A stretch of DNA of 63,796 nucleotides, filler included, from Octopus bimaculoides (Eukaryota), in NCBI RefSeq assembly GCF_001194135.2. It is 7 parts of 6 records of this genome, joined end to end, with 100 filler letters (N's around TTAATTAATTAA, not from the genome) between each part and the next. Parts side by side here need not be neighbours in the genome. Positions count along the whole stretch, not along the records: positions 1 to 12,970 come from NC_068989.1; 6 more parts are not named here. One strand, given 5' to 3'. Positions 1 through 11,848 of this stretch are shown here, in pieces. Numbering within the stretch: position 1 is the first letter of the stretch; each line of letters begins with the position of its first letter. The position numbers and the translations under genes are program-made. Under the pieces are notes generated by a model. That model worked only from the letters and a program-made list of their open reading frames with translations, was not told the DNA's origin and ran no database searches.

Positions 1-53
<53 letters not shown>

Positions 54-1564
54 GTATATATATTTATACATACATACATATATATACATATGTGTATATA
101 TGTGTATATATATATATATATAATGTACGCATGTGTGTGTGTATGTGTGAGTGAAACAAAGAAAAAAAAAGTAAAACTTAATATATTTCAGTTCATTTTT
201 ATTTTAATTCGCATTTTCGAAATCAATACGGGAAAAGAAAAAAATAACAACAACAAGAAAACAAAACAAAACAAGCTAACAAAAAGTAAAAGTGGAAAAG
301 AAAAATAGTGAAAATGTAGAAAATGCTAGTTTTCAAACTAAAAAGATGTACTGATGTACCGAAACTAGTTAAATGGCTAAAAATAACTTGAAACGGGAAG
401 AGTTACTCATTTTTCTTCTGAAATATAGATATATATATATATTTCCACAATGTAACCTCGTGGATATCGTTGGCGATTTTTTTTTCTTCCTCCGTCTTCC
501 CTTCTTTGGACTTTCCTATGTTTCCGACGAAGAGCTCCGCTCGAAACGTCAAATTCTCTTTCTTTCCTTTCCCGAGCGTCCAGTAACACAATATCTGTAT
601 CACGTCCTCGCGTTGTTGTTTCTGTTGTTTCTGTTGTTTTTTTGTCGTTTTATTTTTGGAACCTATATATNNNNNNNNNNNNNNNNNNNNNNNNNNNNNN
701 NNNNNNNNNNNNNNNNNNNNNNNNNNNNNNNNNNNNNNNNNNNNNNNNNNNNNNNNNNNNNNNNNNNNNNNNNNNNNNNNNNNNNNNNNNNNNNNNNNNN
801 NNNNNNNNNNNNNNNNNNNNNNNNNNNNNNNNNNNNNNNNNNNNNNNNNNNNNNNNNNNNNNCCATTTATTTAAGTAATGCGAGTATTACATTAAATGCA
901 ATATGTAGAGCAATCTTCAGCTGCAGGAAAATGCAGAAAATCACAGTAGAATAGACATATTATAATTGTGGCAACATTTCAAATCCAAGTGGGAGGAAGA
1001 ATACATAAAAATCCATCTTGACATAGCCAAGTCTATCAGGCTAGTAATTGGTTCTAGGCAAAAATTCTAAACTGTCTCTGATTTTATTGTCTCTTATCTA
1101 GTAGTAATAGTATGAGGGACAATCACTTCTAAGGAAAGGGAAGGTGTAAGCATTATGCATGGACAAGGCTATAAAAGATATGGTTATAAAGGATTCTCTG
1201 GTCAGAGTGGCAAACAACTCTTATAGGTTGAGGTATTTTACTACTATCAAAGTGTTGAGGAATTAAACCCTAGATTATGCATTGAAAAGGTGTATATTTA
1301 TTATTGTATCGTTTTAAACTACCTCCAAAAACTGTTCAAAGTAGCTTTACTAAAAAAAAATAATAAATAACACGGAAAAACCTCCCGTACCCTCTCCCCC
1401 AAACCATGCATTATTAAATGCGATTGAAATATTGTAGTAACGCAGGAAAGACAACATTTCACATGTTGAAGTTAAAATCAATTAAAAATACCCCCCNNNN
1501 NNNNNNAAAAAAAAAACTCAAACACCTTCCAGCCAATTGAAATCAATATCGAAGAATTATCTTT

Positions 1565-1873
1565 TTATGATTTTACGTATTTTCCTTCTAGTTCCTGAAA
1601 GGTATTGCTGCCTTCATATATAATGATATTGTCGCTGTAGTTGTTGTTCTGACCGAACGTGACTGGGGAATAATTTGTACTCGATTTCATTATTGTGGAA
1701 ATGTCTGATGATTGGTGATACTCATAATTGTCTCTTAGTCTGTTGTAGTGTTCAGCTTTGAATTGGAACGATACCAAACCAAACAGGAAAGCCGGGATGA
1801 TACAAAGGGCCATGGCTGTCCAGGTCATGGCGTAGCAGACTCCATACGAACGGATTGAAGCATCTTTTATGTA
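1565..1873 (-). CDS. Last coding exon of a PMP22/claudin-superfamily (Clc-like) tetraspan protein: TM4 plus cytoplasmic tail
   Basis: Acceptor ttcttcgttgtttcag| at 1874-1876, phase 0. Encodes YIKDASIRSYGVCYAMTWTAMALCIIPAFLFGLVSF...GKYVKS*. SYGxxYxxxW before a hydrophobic helix is the typical PMP22/claudin-like TM4 signature. Confidence 0.85.
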   Translation of the reverse strand, partial: YIKDASIRSYGVCYAMTWTAMALCIIPAFLFGLVSFQFKAEHYNRLRDNYEYHQSSDISTIMKSSTNYSPVTFGQNNNYSDNIIIYEGSNTFQELEGKYVKS

Positions 1874-1983
1874 CTGAAACAACGAAGAATAAATAAATAA
1901 ATAAACTAATAAATAAATAAATAAATAAAAAACTAAATAAATAAAATAAATACATAAATGAAATAAAATAAAACAAAGTCAGC

Positions 1984-2150
1984 AGGCATAGCTGTGTGTG
2001 TTTGTGTGTTTAGAAGTTTGTTTCTCAATCACATGGTACCGGGTTCAGTTCGACTGTGTGGCACCTTGGACAAGTGTCTTTTACTATAGCCTCGGGACGA
2101 CCAAAGCCTTGTGAGTGGATTCGATAGACGGAAACTGAGTTTCGTCGTAT
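1984..2150 (+). repeat. tRNA-derived SINE (family A) head
   Basis: ggttcagt..actg.gtggcacctt...ccaaagccttgtgagtggatt...ggaaactga; further heads at 12612-12785, ~21515-21632 and ~33170-33290. Confidence 0.85.
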
Positions 2151-2197
2151 ACACATGCACATACATACATACATACATACATACATACATACATACA

Positions 2198-2586
2198 GGT
2201 GGAGGCGCAATGGCCCAGCGGTTAGGGCAGTGGACTCGCGGTCATAGGATCACGGTTTCGATTCCCAGACCGGGCGTTGTGAATGTTTATTGAGCGAAAA
2301 CACCTAAAGCTCCACGAGGCTCTGGCAGGGGATGGTGGCGAACCCTGCTGTACTCTTTCACCACAACTTTCTCTCGCTCTTACTTCCTGTTTCTGTTGTG
2401 CCTGTAATTCAAAGGGTCAGCCTTGTCACACTGTGTCACGCTGAATATACCCGAGAACTACGTTGAGGGTACACGTGTCTGTGGAGTGCTCAGCCACTCA
2501 CACGTTAATTTCACGAGCAAGCTGTTCAGTTGATCGGATCAACTGGAACCCTCCACGTCGTAAGCGACGGAGTGCCAAAAACAACA
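2198..2586 (+). repeat. tRNA-derived SINE (family B), near full length
   Basis: A-box TGGCCCAGCGG, B-box GGTTTCGATTCCC, (AAC) tail; near-identical copy at 5363-5645 and tail fragment at 11999-12060(-). Confidence 0.9.
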
Positions 2587-3093
2587 ACATAGACACAGAT
2601 CTATCTATCTATCTGTCTGCCTGTCTCTCTGTCTGTTTGTCTGTCTACAGCAGAAACAGCTGTAAGTCAATGAAGTCCATAGCGTAATTGTTTATTCCTG
2701 TTATCCAAATTTCTTACACACGCGCGCGCGCACACGCACACATACGCATACATGTTATGTGTGTGTATGATTAATTTTGAAAATTAAGAAGAATTTATTA
2801 GAACAACATTGTTATTATGAAGCTAGTGTTTGGAGCAGAGACTAATACGAGATTTTGATGGAAGGTTTTAATCTAGATCACTTTAAAATGGGAAGTTTGT
2901 ATCATGGAAACAGAGGCAGTCTCAAGAGGGTTGATATCAAAAGAGCAAATCATTCATTCACTCCTTCGCTTCACTCACTCATTCAATAAATCCTTCAATC
3001 CTGTCACTCTTTCACCTTCAGTAATCTACTCCCCTTCATTCATACACTCCCACATTAAGAACACTACACAGTTAATATTCCTAAACAACTTAC

Positions 3094-3200
3094 CAGTGGC
3101 CAGTTTTTCTGGTAGTATATGCCTCCTGCTTCTTTGACGGTATTGGTTTCAATAAATTCCATTGCATGGAATGCAGTCATTGAAAGACATATCATGAAAG
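3094..3200 (-). CDS. Internal exon of the claudin-like gene (end of TM3 and ECL2)
   Basis: tttcag| acceptor, |gtaagt donor. 107 nt, phase 1 to 0. Encodes (x)FMICLSMTAFHAMEFIETNTVKEAGGIYYQKNWPL and splices in frame to the 1873 exon. Absent from the ORF track. Confidence 0.85.
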
Positions 3201-5362
3201 CTGAAATGGAAGAATATGGAAATGACATTGTGCAACAAAAGTTTTATTTATTTATTTATTTGTCTTTGGTCAGTATGTGTTGTTTCTTGTTTGTTTCTGA
3301 CTAGAAATCAAAGGAAATGACTACTATTCCGTTCAAACTTTGCTTTTGTGACCTGGATATCAATGTTTTGAAACTGACCTATTTTCCATTACATTTCAGA
3401 GAGATTCAGCACTGAGTTGCTGAAGCAGATATATCGTTATAAGCAAATATTCTGCTTAGTATCACACATTTGCTTGTCAGTTGGTTGATCTTAACCACTT
3501 GAGAATGTCCCTTAGTGGCCAACAACATGTGCATCTCTGATCATGAGCAGTAGTGGAGGAGCATCATAGCCATGTTTTGAGAGGGATTCTTTGGTATTTG
3601 AATGAATGTAACAAAAGGAAAGTCTGAAGGAAATATTAGTCATTTTTCATATTCGCAAGGAGTAAACAAATAGGAAGTAACAGTTGCTATTCAAGGACAA
3701 AAATCGTGTTACACAGTGTAGTTAACCGATTATTTTAATCCTTAAATGCTCCATTTCATAACAAATATTCCAATGAAGAACGATGGTTTTCAAAACACGT
3801 AAGCAAACAATGTCGCGTATAAAGACGGACAATTGGGTGAACCTGTTGGGTTTGTGGACATCAGCTCGTCTTATCGATAGTTCACTACCTATCACTGAGT
3901 CTAAACTGTATCATTTTGCCCCAGCTAACTTTGCGTTAACTAAGGCTCTTAATTCTTGATGAAGCTGTGACATACAGCGTATCTTGAACAATTTTAGACC
4001 CCATGTTGCTCAAGTCAAACCACACAGTTTGAGAGAGAGAGAAAGAGAGAAAGAAGGAAAGAGAGAGAAAGAGAAAGAGAGAGAGAAAGAGAAAGAGAAA
4101 GAGAGATAGATAGATATAGAGTTAGAGATAGAGAGAGAAGGAATGAGAAAGAAGAAGAATCAGCCTCAAAACTGGATTAATATTTTATTTATCGACCTCA
4201 AAAAGATTAAAAAAGCAAAGTCGATAAAATTGACCTCAGTGATATTTGAACTCGGAGTGCGAAGCTCCAGAACGAATACCGTAAGACATTTATACTCGAC
4301 CATTGTGCTATCTTAAGTAGATATTTGGTGTTAAATAGGAGTCAATCCATTAAGAGGCACATTATTTTCCCCTCCTCTTTTTGAGACTTGAGGTGGTACC
4401 TTGGGTAAGCGCTAACAACCTGTTTTGGTTTCCAGTACAAGGTTTACATTGAGGTCCAAAATCCGGTGGAATAGGTGGAGGAAGATCACATATTAAACGG
4501 CTATAGAAACTGTTGCTACCTTTAATAATCTTAAACCCATTGCTATTGAACGAAGGTAAAGATGATAGAGTAACCGAATGAATTTTATTTTTACTTTTTT
4601 ACTCGTTTCAGTTATTAGAGTATTGCCTTAGCAGTTTTAGTCGACCACTGTAAAGATTGTAAATAACTGAAGGATAACAACCTCTCACTAAACAAAGCCA
4701 GTCACGAAAATCACTCCTAGATATCTTCTACTTTTAAGTCTGACAGACAATCATCCACCAGACTGTGAGAGATTTCCGATGATAACAACTAGAGTTAGGT
4801 ACCGCTTGGTATAGGCTCCATCCCATTTGTCTTCGTCCATTTTGCCTCTGGATCTGAACCCCAGTTCTGATTAAGGACTACGTGTGATGTCTGCTCTATG
4901 CGACAGTCTATGTAGAGCCGATTTTAGACATGAGCTAAGCAGATGGCCATAGCGGGATTTGAACACTGAACGCAGAGAGCCGGAACAAATGTCACAACGT
5001 ATTATATCCGAAACCTACTGTAGCAGTCTTCTTCTTGGTAGTCGCCTGAGTCCATGAAAGACGATTCTGAAATTTCTTACTGAGCATCTTGCACAGATGA
5101 TTTTGCTTACAGTGATCAAATACTTGTACAGAACATTAGCTCACCTCCTCCATCAAATTGACATTGTTTGTACAAGTGCACAGTGTGCCACACGTCAGAT
5201 GTCGAAGCGATTGCAGAGTAACGCAAAATGAAGAGCTTTGCTCAAGAACACAACGCACCGCTCAGTCCGAAAATCGAGACCACGATCTCGCAATCGTGTG
5301 TGCAACACGCTAACCACTAGGCTACGCGCTCTTACAGTGTAGTACTAGTAGTTAATTCTAAA

Positions 5363-5645
5363 GTGGAGGCGCAATGGCCCAGTGGTTAGGGCAGCGGACT
5401 CGCGGTCATAGGATCGCGGTTTCGATTCCCAGACCGGGCGTTGTGAGTGTTTATTGAGCGAAAACACCTAAAGCTCCACGAGACTCCAGCAGGGGATGGT
5501 GGCGAACCCTGCTGTACTCTTTCACCACAACTTTCTCTTATTCTTACTTCCTGTTTCTGTTGTACTTGTAATTCAAAGGGTCAGCCTTGTCACACTGTGT
5601 CACGCTGAATATCCCCGAGAACTACGTTAAGGGTACACGTGTCTG
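5363..5645 (+). repeat. tRNA-derived SINE (family B), cut by gap
   Basis: Highly similar to 2198-2480. Confidence 0.9.
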
Positions 5646-5999
5646 NNNNNNNNNNNNNNNNNNNNNNNNNNNNNNNNNNNNNNNNNNNNNNNNNNNNNNN
5701 NNNNNNNNNNNNNNNNNNNNNNNNNNNNNNNNNNNNNNNNNNNNNNNNNNNNNNNNNNNNNNNNNNNNNNNNNNNNNNNNNNNNNNNNNNNNNNNNNNNN
5801 NNNNNNNNNNNNNNNNNNNNNNNNNNNNNNNNNNNNNNNNNNNNNNNNNNNNNNNNNNNNNNNNNNNNNNNNNNNNNNNNNNNNNNNNNNNNNNNNNNNN
5901 NNNNNNNNNNNNNNNNNNNNNNNNNNNNNNNNNNNNNNNNNNNNNNNNNNNNNNNNNNNNNNNNNNNNNNNNNNNNNNNNNNNNNNNNNNNNNNNNNNN

Positions 6000-6079
6000 T
6001 ACACAGACAGCAAAGGTGAAAGTAACTGAGCAGAAAAACAGCGCCAGGATCATGCAAGCCAGTTGAGTTCTCTTCAGTT
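6000..6079 (-). CDS. Internal exon of the claudin-like gene (TM2); 3' part lost in the N gap 5646-5999
   Basis: aaacag| acceptor at 6080-6082, phase 1. Encodes (E)LKRTQLACMILALFFCSVTFTFAVCV running into the gap. Polypyrimidine tract is weak. Confidence 0.7.
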
Positions 6080-6711
6080 CTGTTTATTTTGTGAATTGTA
6101 AAATATATGTGTGTATGCATGCATGTGTGTGCGTGTATATGTGTGTGCGTGTATATGTGTGTGCGTGTGTGTGTGGTGTATGTTGTTTGTTTTCGAGTAA
6201 AGTGGGGGAAAAATAAGAAAAAGAGACATAAATAACATAAATCAGAAATTTAATTTCAGTAAATATGTTTAAAATCAAAGCAAAATAAAAACAAGAAAGA
6301 AACAAAAACAAAGAAACCTAAAGAAACGTTGGCGCGCGCACGCACACACATGCGCGCGCACACATACTTACACACAAACACAAACACGCACGCGCGTACA
6401 CACATACCGTTTATCAAATGCTTACCATCAAACTGTTATGAATGGGATTAATGTTAAACTATCCGAGCTTGCAAAATGATTCAATTCATAAGGAAAGAAT
6501 TAAGGTGAAGTAGACTTAATCCCTCACCTAATTTACCTCCCTACCATCGTTCGGGGCATAGCCCTTGGGTGTCTTAAGCAGAATCCATTCTGTATAACCA
6601 GCATTCAGGCCGAAGTTCCACTCTAAAGCTTAACTTCCACCCTTCCAACCCTCCTTTCATGGGGGCTTGAAAAGGGAAGTAGGTGCTGATTCTAATCATC
6701 TGCTTTAACCA

Positions 6712-6762
<51 letters not shown>

Positions 6763-6779
6763 CCTTTCTATCGAAGGCA

Positions 6780-6968
6780 TATGGTCTGAAATTTGTCGGG
6801 AGGGGACTAGTCGATTGCATCAATTCCAGTACACAACTGGTACTTAATTTATGGACCCCGAAAGGATGAAAGGCAAAGTCGACCTCGGCGGAATTTGAGC
6901 TCAAAATGTTGTGGCAGATGAAATACCGCTAAGCATTTCGCTAACGATTCTGCCAGCTCGCCGCCTTA
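6780..6968 (-). repeat. SINE family D with (ATT)n tail
   Basis: ggcgagctggcagaa.cgttag...caaattccgccgaggtcgactttgcctttcatcctttcgg; homologues at 48070-48270, 49134-49340, 10570-10720, 32840-33050 and 37460-37610(-). Confidence 0.85.
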
Positions 6969-6979
6969 CAACAACAACC

Positions 6980-7023
<44 letters not shown>

Positions 7024-7055
7024 AACATCGACAACAACAACAACAATAATAATAA

Positions 7056-7605
7056 TGCAATACGTGGGAGTGGCTCTCATGGCTTCTGATTTTAGCTGAT
7101 TGGAAGTGTTATCATGTACATTGATTTCTCTTAGTATAAAAGACGGGCTACAACAAATATTCTGCTCAATACCACAGATTTTCTTGTCAGATGTTTGACC
7201 ATAACCAGTTGAGCATGTCCCTTAGTGGCTGACGATATGTGCATCTGTGATCCCCAGCAGATGTAGTGGGGAGCCTCATAGCCATGTGTTGAGAGGAATT
7301 CTTTGGGGTTCGGATAATACACCTCAAGAAACATGGGTGTTTCGTTCAATATCCTTAAACAACCCTTATTCAGAGGGCTTTTGAGTGGGCTGGTCTATTC
7401 GACCTGTAGAAAATTGTAACTGGACCCCACCTGCAAGGTCATGCACTGTTTATCTTGATATGAGATCACCGCATCTTGCACATATGGTTGTGATACATGT
7501 GCCTGGTGTACGCTTAACAGACGGGTAGTCATGATGGGTATAATGGGTTTCGTATATTTTACCCCAGTGTCACTTTGATGGCATGCACTGCTCTCTCACT
7601 CAATA
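7056..7605 (+). repeat. ~550-bp non-coding interspersed element flanked by (AAT)n, copy 1
   Basis: Homologous to 7621-8157 and to fragments at ~3430-3600, 27840-28180(-), 43205-43320(-) and 63577-63796(-). Ends ...ctctctcactcaataat. Confidence 0.85.
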
Positions 7606-7620
7606 ATGATAATGATAATT

Positions 7621-8154
7621 GCAGTACCAAGCAGTGGCACTTGGGGCTTTTAATCTTAACTGATTGAAGTGTTATCATGTACGTGTGTTGTCTTGGTTTA
7701 AAAGATGGGCTACAGCAACTATTCTGTTCAATACCACAGTTTTGCTCATCAGTTGCATGGCCTTTATCAGTTCAGCATGTTCCTTAGTGCTTGACGATAT
7801 GTGCATCTCTGATCACGAGCAGAAGTAGAGGGGGAATATCATAACCATATGTTGAGAGGAATTCTCTGGGAATTCTGTGGAAACATGGGTGTCTTGTTCA
7901 TCTTCCTTAAACAACCCTTATTCAAGGAACTTTTGAGTGAGATGAGCTACTCGACGTGAAGGAAATTCTAACTGGGTCCCAACTGCAAGGTCATGTGCTG
8001 TTTATCTTGATATGAAATGACTACGTCGCGCAAATATGGTTGTGATGCATGTGCCTGGTGTACTCACATCAGACAGGTAGTCATGATGGGTATATTGGGC
8101 TTCGTATATTTGTACCCCAGTGTCATTTTGATGGCATGCGCTGCTTTCTCTCCC

Positions 8155-8157
<3 letters not shown>
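7621..8157 (+). repeat. ~550-bp (AAT)n-flanked element, copy 2 (head-to-tail tandem)
   Basis: Diverged direct copy of 7056-7605, followed by (AAT)n and the Dong remnant. Confidence 0.85.
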
Positions 8158-8188
<31 letters not shown>

Positions 8189-8190
<2 letters not shown>

Positions 8191-9025
8191 TATGCATGAT
8201 CTAAAACTGTACGCTACGAATGATAAACAGCTGGAAACCTTACTACAGACAGCACACAGATTTACCAAAGAACAAAACATGAAATTTGGCGAAGAAAAAT
8301 GTGCCAAAGCAACCCTGAAAAGAGGAAAACTACTTAAAAGTAGCAAAATCACATGTTATAAGAGAATTAGACGAACGCCAGACATACAAATACTTAGGAA
8401 TCAATGAATTAGATACAACACACACAAATGAAATAAAAAATAATACTATAGACGAGTTAGATTAATACTGAAAGCAGAGCTCAATGCGAAAAACAAGATA
8501 ATAAGTATCAACACCTTAGCTGTCCTAGTTATAAGTTACAGCTACAATATCCTTAACTGGACACTAAATGAACTAAACAAAATAGACAGGAAAACAAGAA
8601 AAATAATGACAGGATTGAAGATGCACCACTCAAAATCTGACATAGAAAAGTTATATATACAATGTATGGAAGGTGGTAGAGGCCTTATACAGCTAGAAAA
8701 CTATTACAAAATAGCCACCATAGGACTACAAAAATACCTACTTCAGAAGCAAGGAAAACTAATTCAAATAACCACAAAACACGAACAAAACAAAAAACTG
8801 TTTTCAGTCTTTAAGGAAGCTGACAAATATAAAAAAGGAGTCGTAATACTTAACGACTATGAAGAAAAACAAGGAGCAACAAAAGCTGTAAAACAAAGAC
8901 CTGGAAATAGAGGTAACTCGAATGTGGAGTCTAAAAACAGAAACAATTCCTATCATTGTTGGCGCGTTAGGTATGATAAAAAAATATTCAGACAAATACA
9001 TAACAAATACATAACATTTTATGAA
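8189..9025 (+). mobile_element. R4/Dong-clade non-LTR retrotransposon remnant (RT C-terminus fused by deletion to the REL-end region)
   Basis: YMHDLKLY (=YMDDLKLY), MKFGEEKCAK, MHHSKSDIEKLYIQCMEGGRGL, then IPIIVGALGMIKK. Frameshifts and stops; begins right after an (AAT)n tract. Confidence 0.8.
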
Positions 9026-9267
9026 GTTAGACATTTAATTAAAGATGGAAATAATTACAGTCTGGAGGAAAACAATGGAATGTGCTTTTCTTGTTCTTCA
9101 TGAAACGTAAGTTGATTAGGAATGAAGAGAAAAGAAAGTTCGTAGTGTTTACATATGGGAAAATAACTGTATAATTGAAATGTATATTGTTGAGAAACAT
9201 TGATTAAAAAGAGTGTGTGCATATGTGGTGGAGATTTCGGATTTGCAATCTGGGATTTTTGGGATAC

Positions 9268-9345
9268 CTGAAAAAGGGCTATTCCCTGTGTTAATAAAGG
9301 GGCACGAAAATTTGCTAGTGTCGGTATCTTTCCGAACAGGGTCGA
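9268..9345 (-). CDS. Candidate 78-nt phase 1-1 exon of the claudin-like gene (ECL1)
   Basis: tcttttcag| acceptor, cag|gtatcc donor, open frame (L)DPVRKDTDTSKFSCPFINTGNSPFS(E). Joins both neighbouring exons in frame. Confidence 0.6.
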
Positions 9346-10391
9346 CTGAAAAGATATGATTGACAATAGAAAGAATGACGACTGATGAATCAACAACACA
9401 ACTGTCAAATTCATAACAGAAAGTCTAACAACACTGATGTCGAAGGGATTTCTGCAAGTCACAAGAAAAGTCAAAGTATTGGGACACGAAAAATAAATTT
9501 GGAAATTTAAACCAGATAACCATCCTTCGTTTCTCTTTGATGTAAGTACACTTGAACATTCTAGTATAGTCTAATAATAATATTCATTGGAAGTAGTGTG
9601 TGTGTATGTGTGTGTGTGTGTGTGTGTGTGAATAACTTCAGTATAAATCATAAATGTAAAATGAAATTAATGCTTTGACCTCAAAAAAAAAAAAAGAATA
9701 TTAACCGACATTTTAATGTGAGATATGTATATATACGTATATTGATTTAGCACAAAGGCCAACGATTTTGAAAAGAGGAGTGGCGGGGTATCAGTCGATC
9801 TCAGTACACGACTGAAATTTTATTCCCCCGACTCAAAGTTAATCGGAAAGGAGTTGAACTCAGAATATAAAGAGCCGAAATAAATGCTGCAAAGCAATTT
9901 TTTTTCTTATATGCTTTTTCTGATGCTTTAACGNNNNNNNNNNNNNNNNNNNNNNNNNNNNNNNNNNNNNNNNNNNNNNNNNNNNNNNNNNNNNNNNNNN
10001 NNNNNNNNNNNNNNNNNNNNNNNNNNNNNNNNNNNNNNNNNNNNNNNNNNNNNNNNNNNNNNNNNNNNNNNNNNNNNNNNNNNNNNNNNNNNNNNNNNNN
10101 NNNNNNNNNNNNNNNNNNNNNNNNNNNNNNNNNNNNNNNNNNNNNNNNNNNNNNNNNNNNNNNNNNNNNNNNNNNNNNNNNNNNNNNNNNNNNNNNNNNN
10201 NNNNNCCTCCTCCTCCTCCTCCTCCTCTTACTTTTCTCCCCCTACCCCCAACCGCCCTTCCCCCACCTCTTCAACTTTCCATACCACTTCCGTTGCCATT
10301 GTCACCATAATATTAATACGACGTTAAGAAGTAAGATGAGAAACGCGTAAAGAAAATCACGAGACCGTGAGACAAATATTTTGCTACTTAC

Positions 10392-10481
10392 GTAAATGCT
10401 GCCAGAGTTCTAAAGTCAATTGTTTCTCCTCTGGAACCGTGTAGTTTATCGAGTGGCAGCTTCCACTCTTGGATCTTAAAA
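10392..10481 (-). CDS. Candidate 90-nt phase 1-1 exon of the claudin-like gene (ECL1)
   Basis: tttatttttgtctatccag| acceptor, |gtaagt donor. Encodes LRSKSGSCHSINYTVPEEKQLTLELWQHL. The upstream TM1/GLW exon was not found on this scaffold. Confidence 0.65.
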
Positions 10482-11064
10482 CTGGATAGACAAAAATAAA
10501 GAGATCGTTAACACATTACGATTAGTTTATTTTGATTGGACATAATCGATTATTTTGCAATATGGCTTTTACACGTTGTCTTTATATGTTCTGAGTTCAA
10601 ATTTCACGAAGGTTGACTTCGCCTTTCGTGGTCGATAAAATAAATACTAGTTGAGCACTGAGGTTGGTGTAATCGACTTAACCCCTCCCTTGAAATTGTT
10701 TGCCTTGTGTCAAAACTTCAAGTCAATGCGGCTTTACACATTGAGGATTTTTTTTTGTACACACGCAAAATGCTTTGCTTTATTTTTTATCTTTTAATCA
10801 GGAAGGAAGGCAGTCTCCATAAACCTACACAGGATCTACGAAACTAGTGTGAATGAAAGCGGAAGGTATTCGCAAACCGAGACAGGTCCCGAATTCTCGT
10901 AACAAAGTGGATTCAAATAAATACACTCGAGGGTCCAAGTGGTGGTGTTAAACCCTGTGACAGATTAAGTCTACCACCTAAGGAGAGAGAAAGGTATCTT
11001 TAAGCGAGAAACCTGGTTGGAACGCTTTCAACAGAGTGGGCACCGCTAAAGGCACCCAAGACCG

Positions 11065-11848
11065 TGGCGGTAGTGCTAAAACAGGCGGTGTATTGAATCT
11101 ACTACCCATGGCGAAATTTGAACTCAGAGACAAATGGAACAAATATTGAAAGACATCCTATCGGTCGTTCTTATAATTCCCTCAATATTTTTGTTGACTC
11201 TTTAAAGACGAAATACAAAGGTGACCTCTGTAGGGTATGAATTCAGAGCTCAAAGAGTCAGGAAATATCGCAGAGCTTTTCATCTGACGCTCTAACCGTT
11301 GCTAGTTCGCTGTCTGTGACTTCGATTCTCTAATTAAATGCTGTCTTCGTTGTTTAGCTCACGTTAATCCCAAACGAGCTGATCTATGTCAAAGGTATTC
11401 TAGTTGGCCTTTTCTCTTCCCCCTCTTTCTGTTTAATGTATTTAGGATCGGCGATTAATTGACAGAGTCGTTAGAGTGTCGGATAGAATGCCTTGTGATA
11501 TTATTTATTCCGGTGCTCTGCACTTAGAGATCAAATCCTGCCGTTGTCAACTTTGCCTTTCATCCCTTCAAAGTTGATAAAGTACAAGCAAAGTACTGAG
11601 TAGATTCTCTCTCCTTCCCCCATCTCTTTCGGAATTGGTACATCACCCCTTGAGAAGGGTCATGTCGTGATGCACCACAGTGTCTCTTTCTCCTTTGTAT
11701 TTCGTCTTTAAAGAGTCAACAAAAATATTGAGGGAATTATAAGAACGACCGATAGGATGTCTTTCAATATTTGTTCCATTTGTCTCTGAGTTCAAATTTC
11801 GCCATGGGTAGTAGATTCAATACACCGCCTGTTTTAGCACTACCGCCA
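11065..11848. repeat. Perfect 157-bp inverted repeat with a 470-bp spacer
   Basis: 11065-11221 is the exact reverse complement of 11692-11848. Confidence 0.95.

Noticed and set aside
2198-2275. tRNA gene candidates at SINE heads
   Set aside because: A/B boxes are present but they continue into SINE bodies with multiple dispersed copies; not functional tRNAs.
9055-9474. 139-aa minus-strand ORF
   Set aside because: No recognisable domain; the plausible coding part here is the 78-nt exon in a different frame.
10811-10825. Minus-strand GLWRL resembling the claudin W-GLW motif
   Set aside because: An in-frame TAG lies a few codons upstream, there is no following Cys and no usable splice sites.
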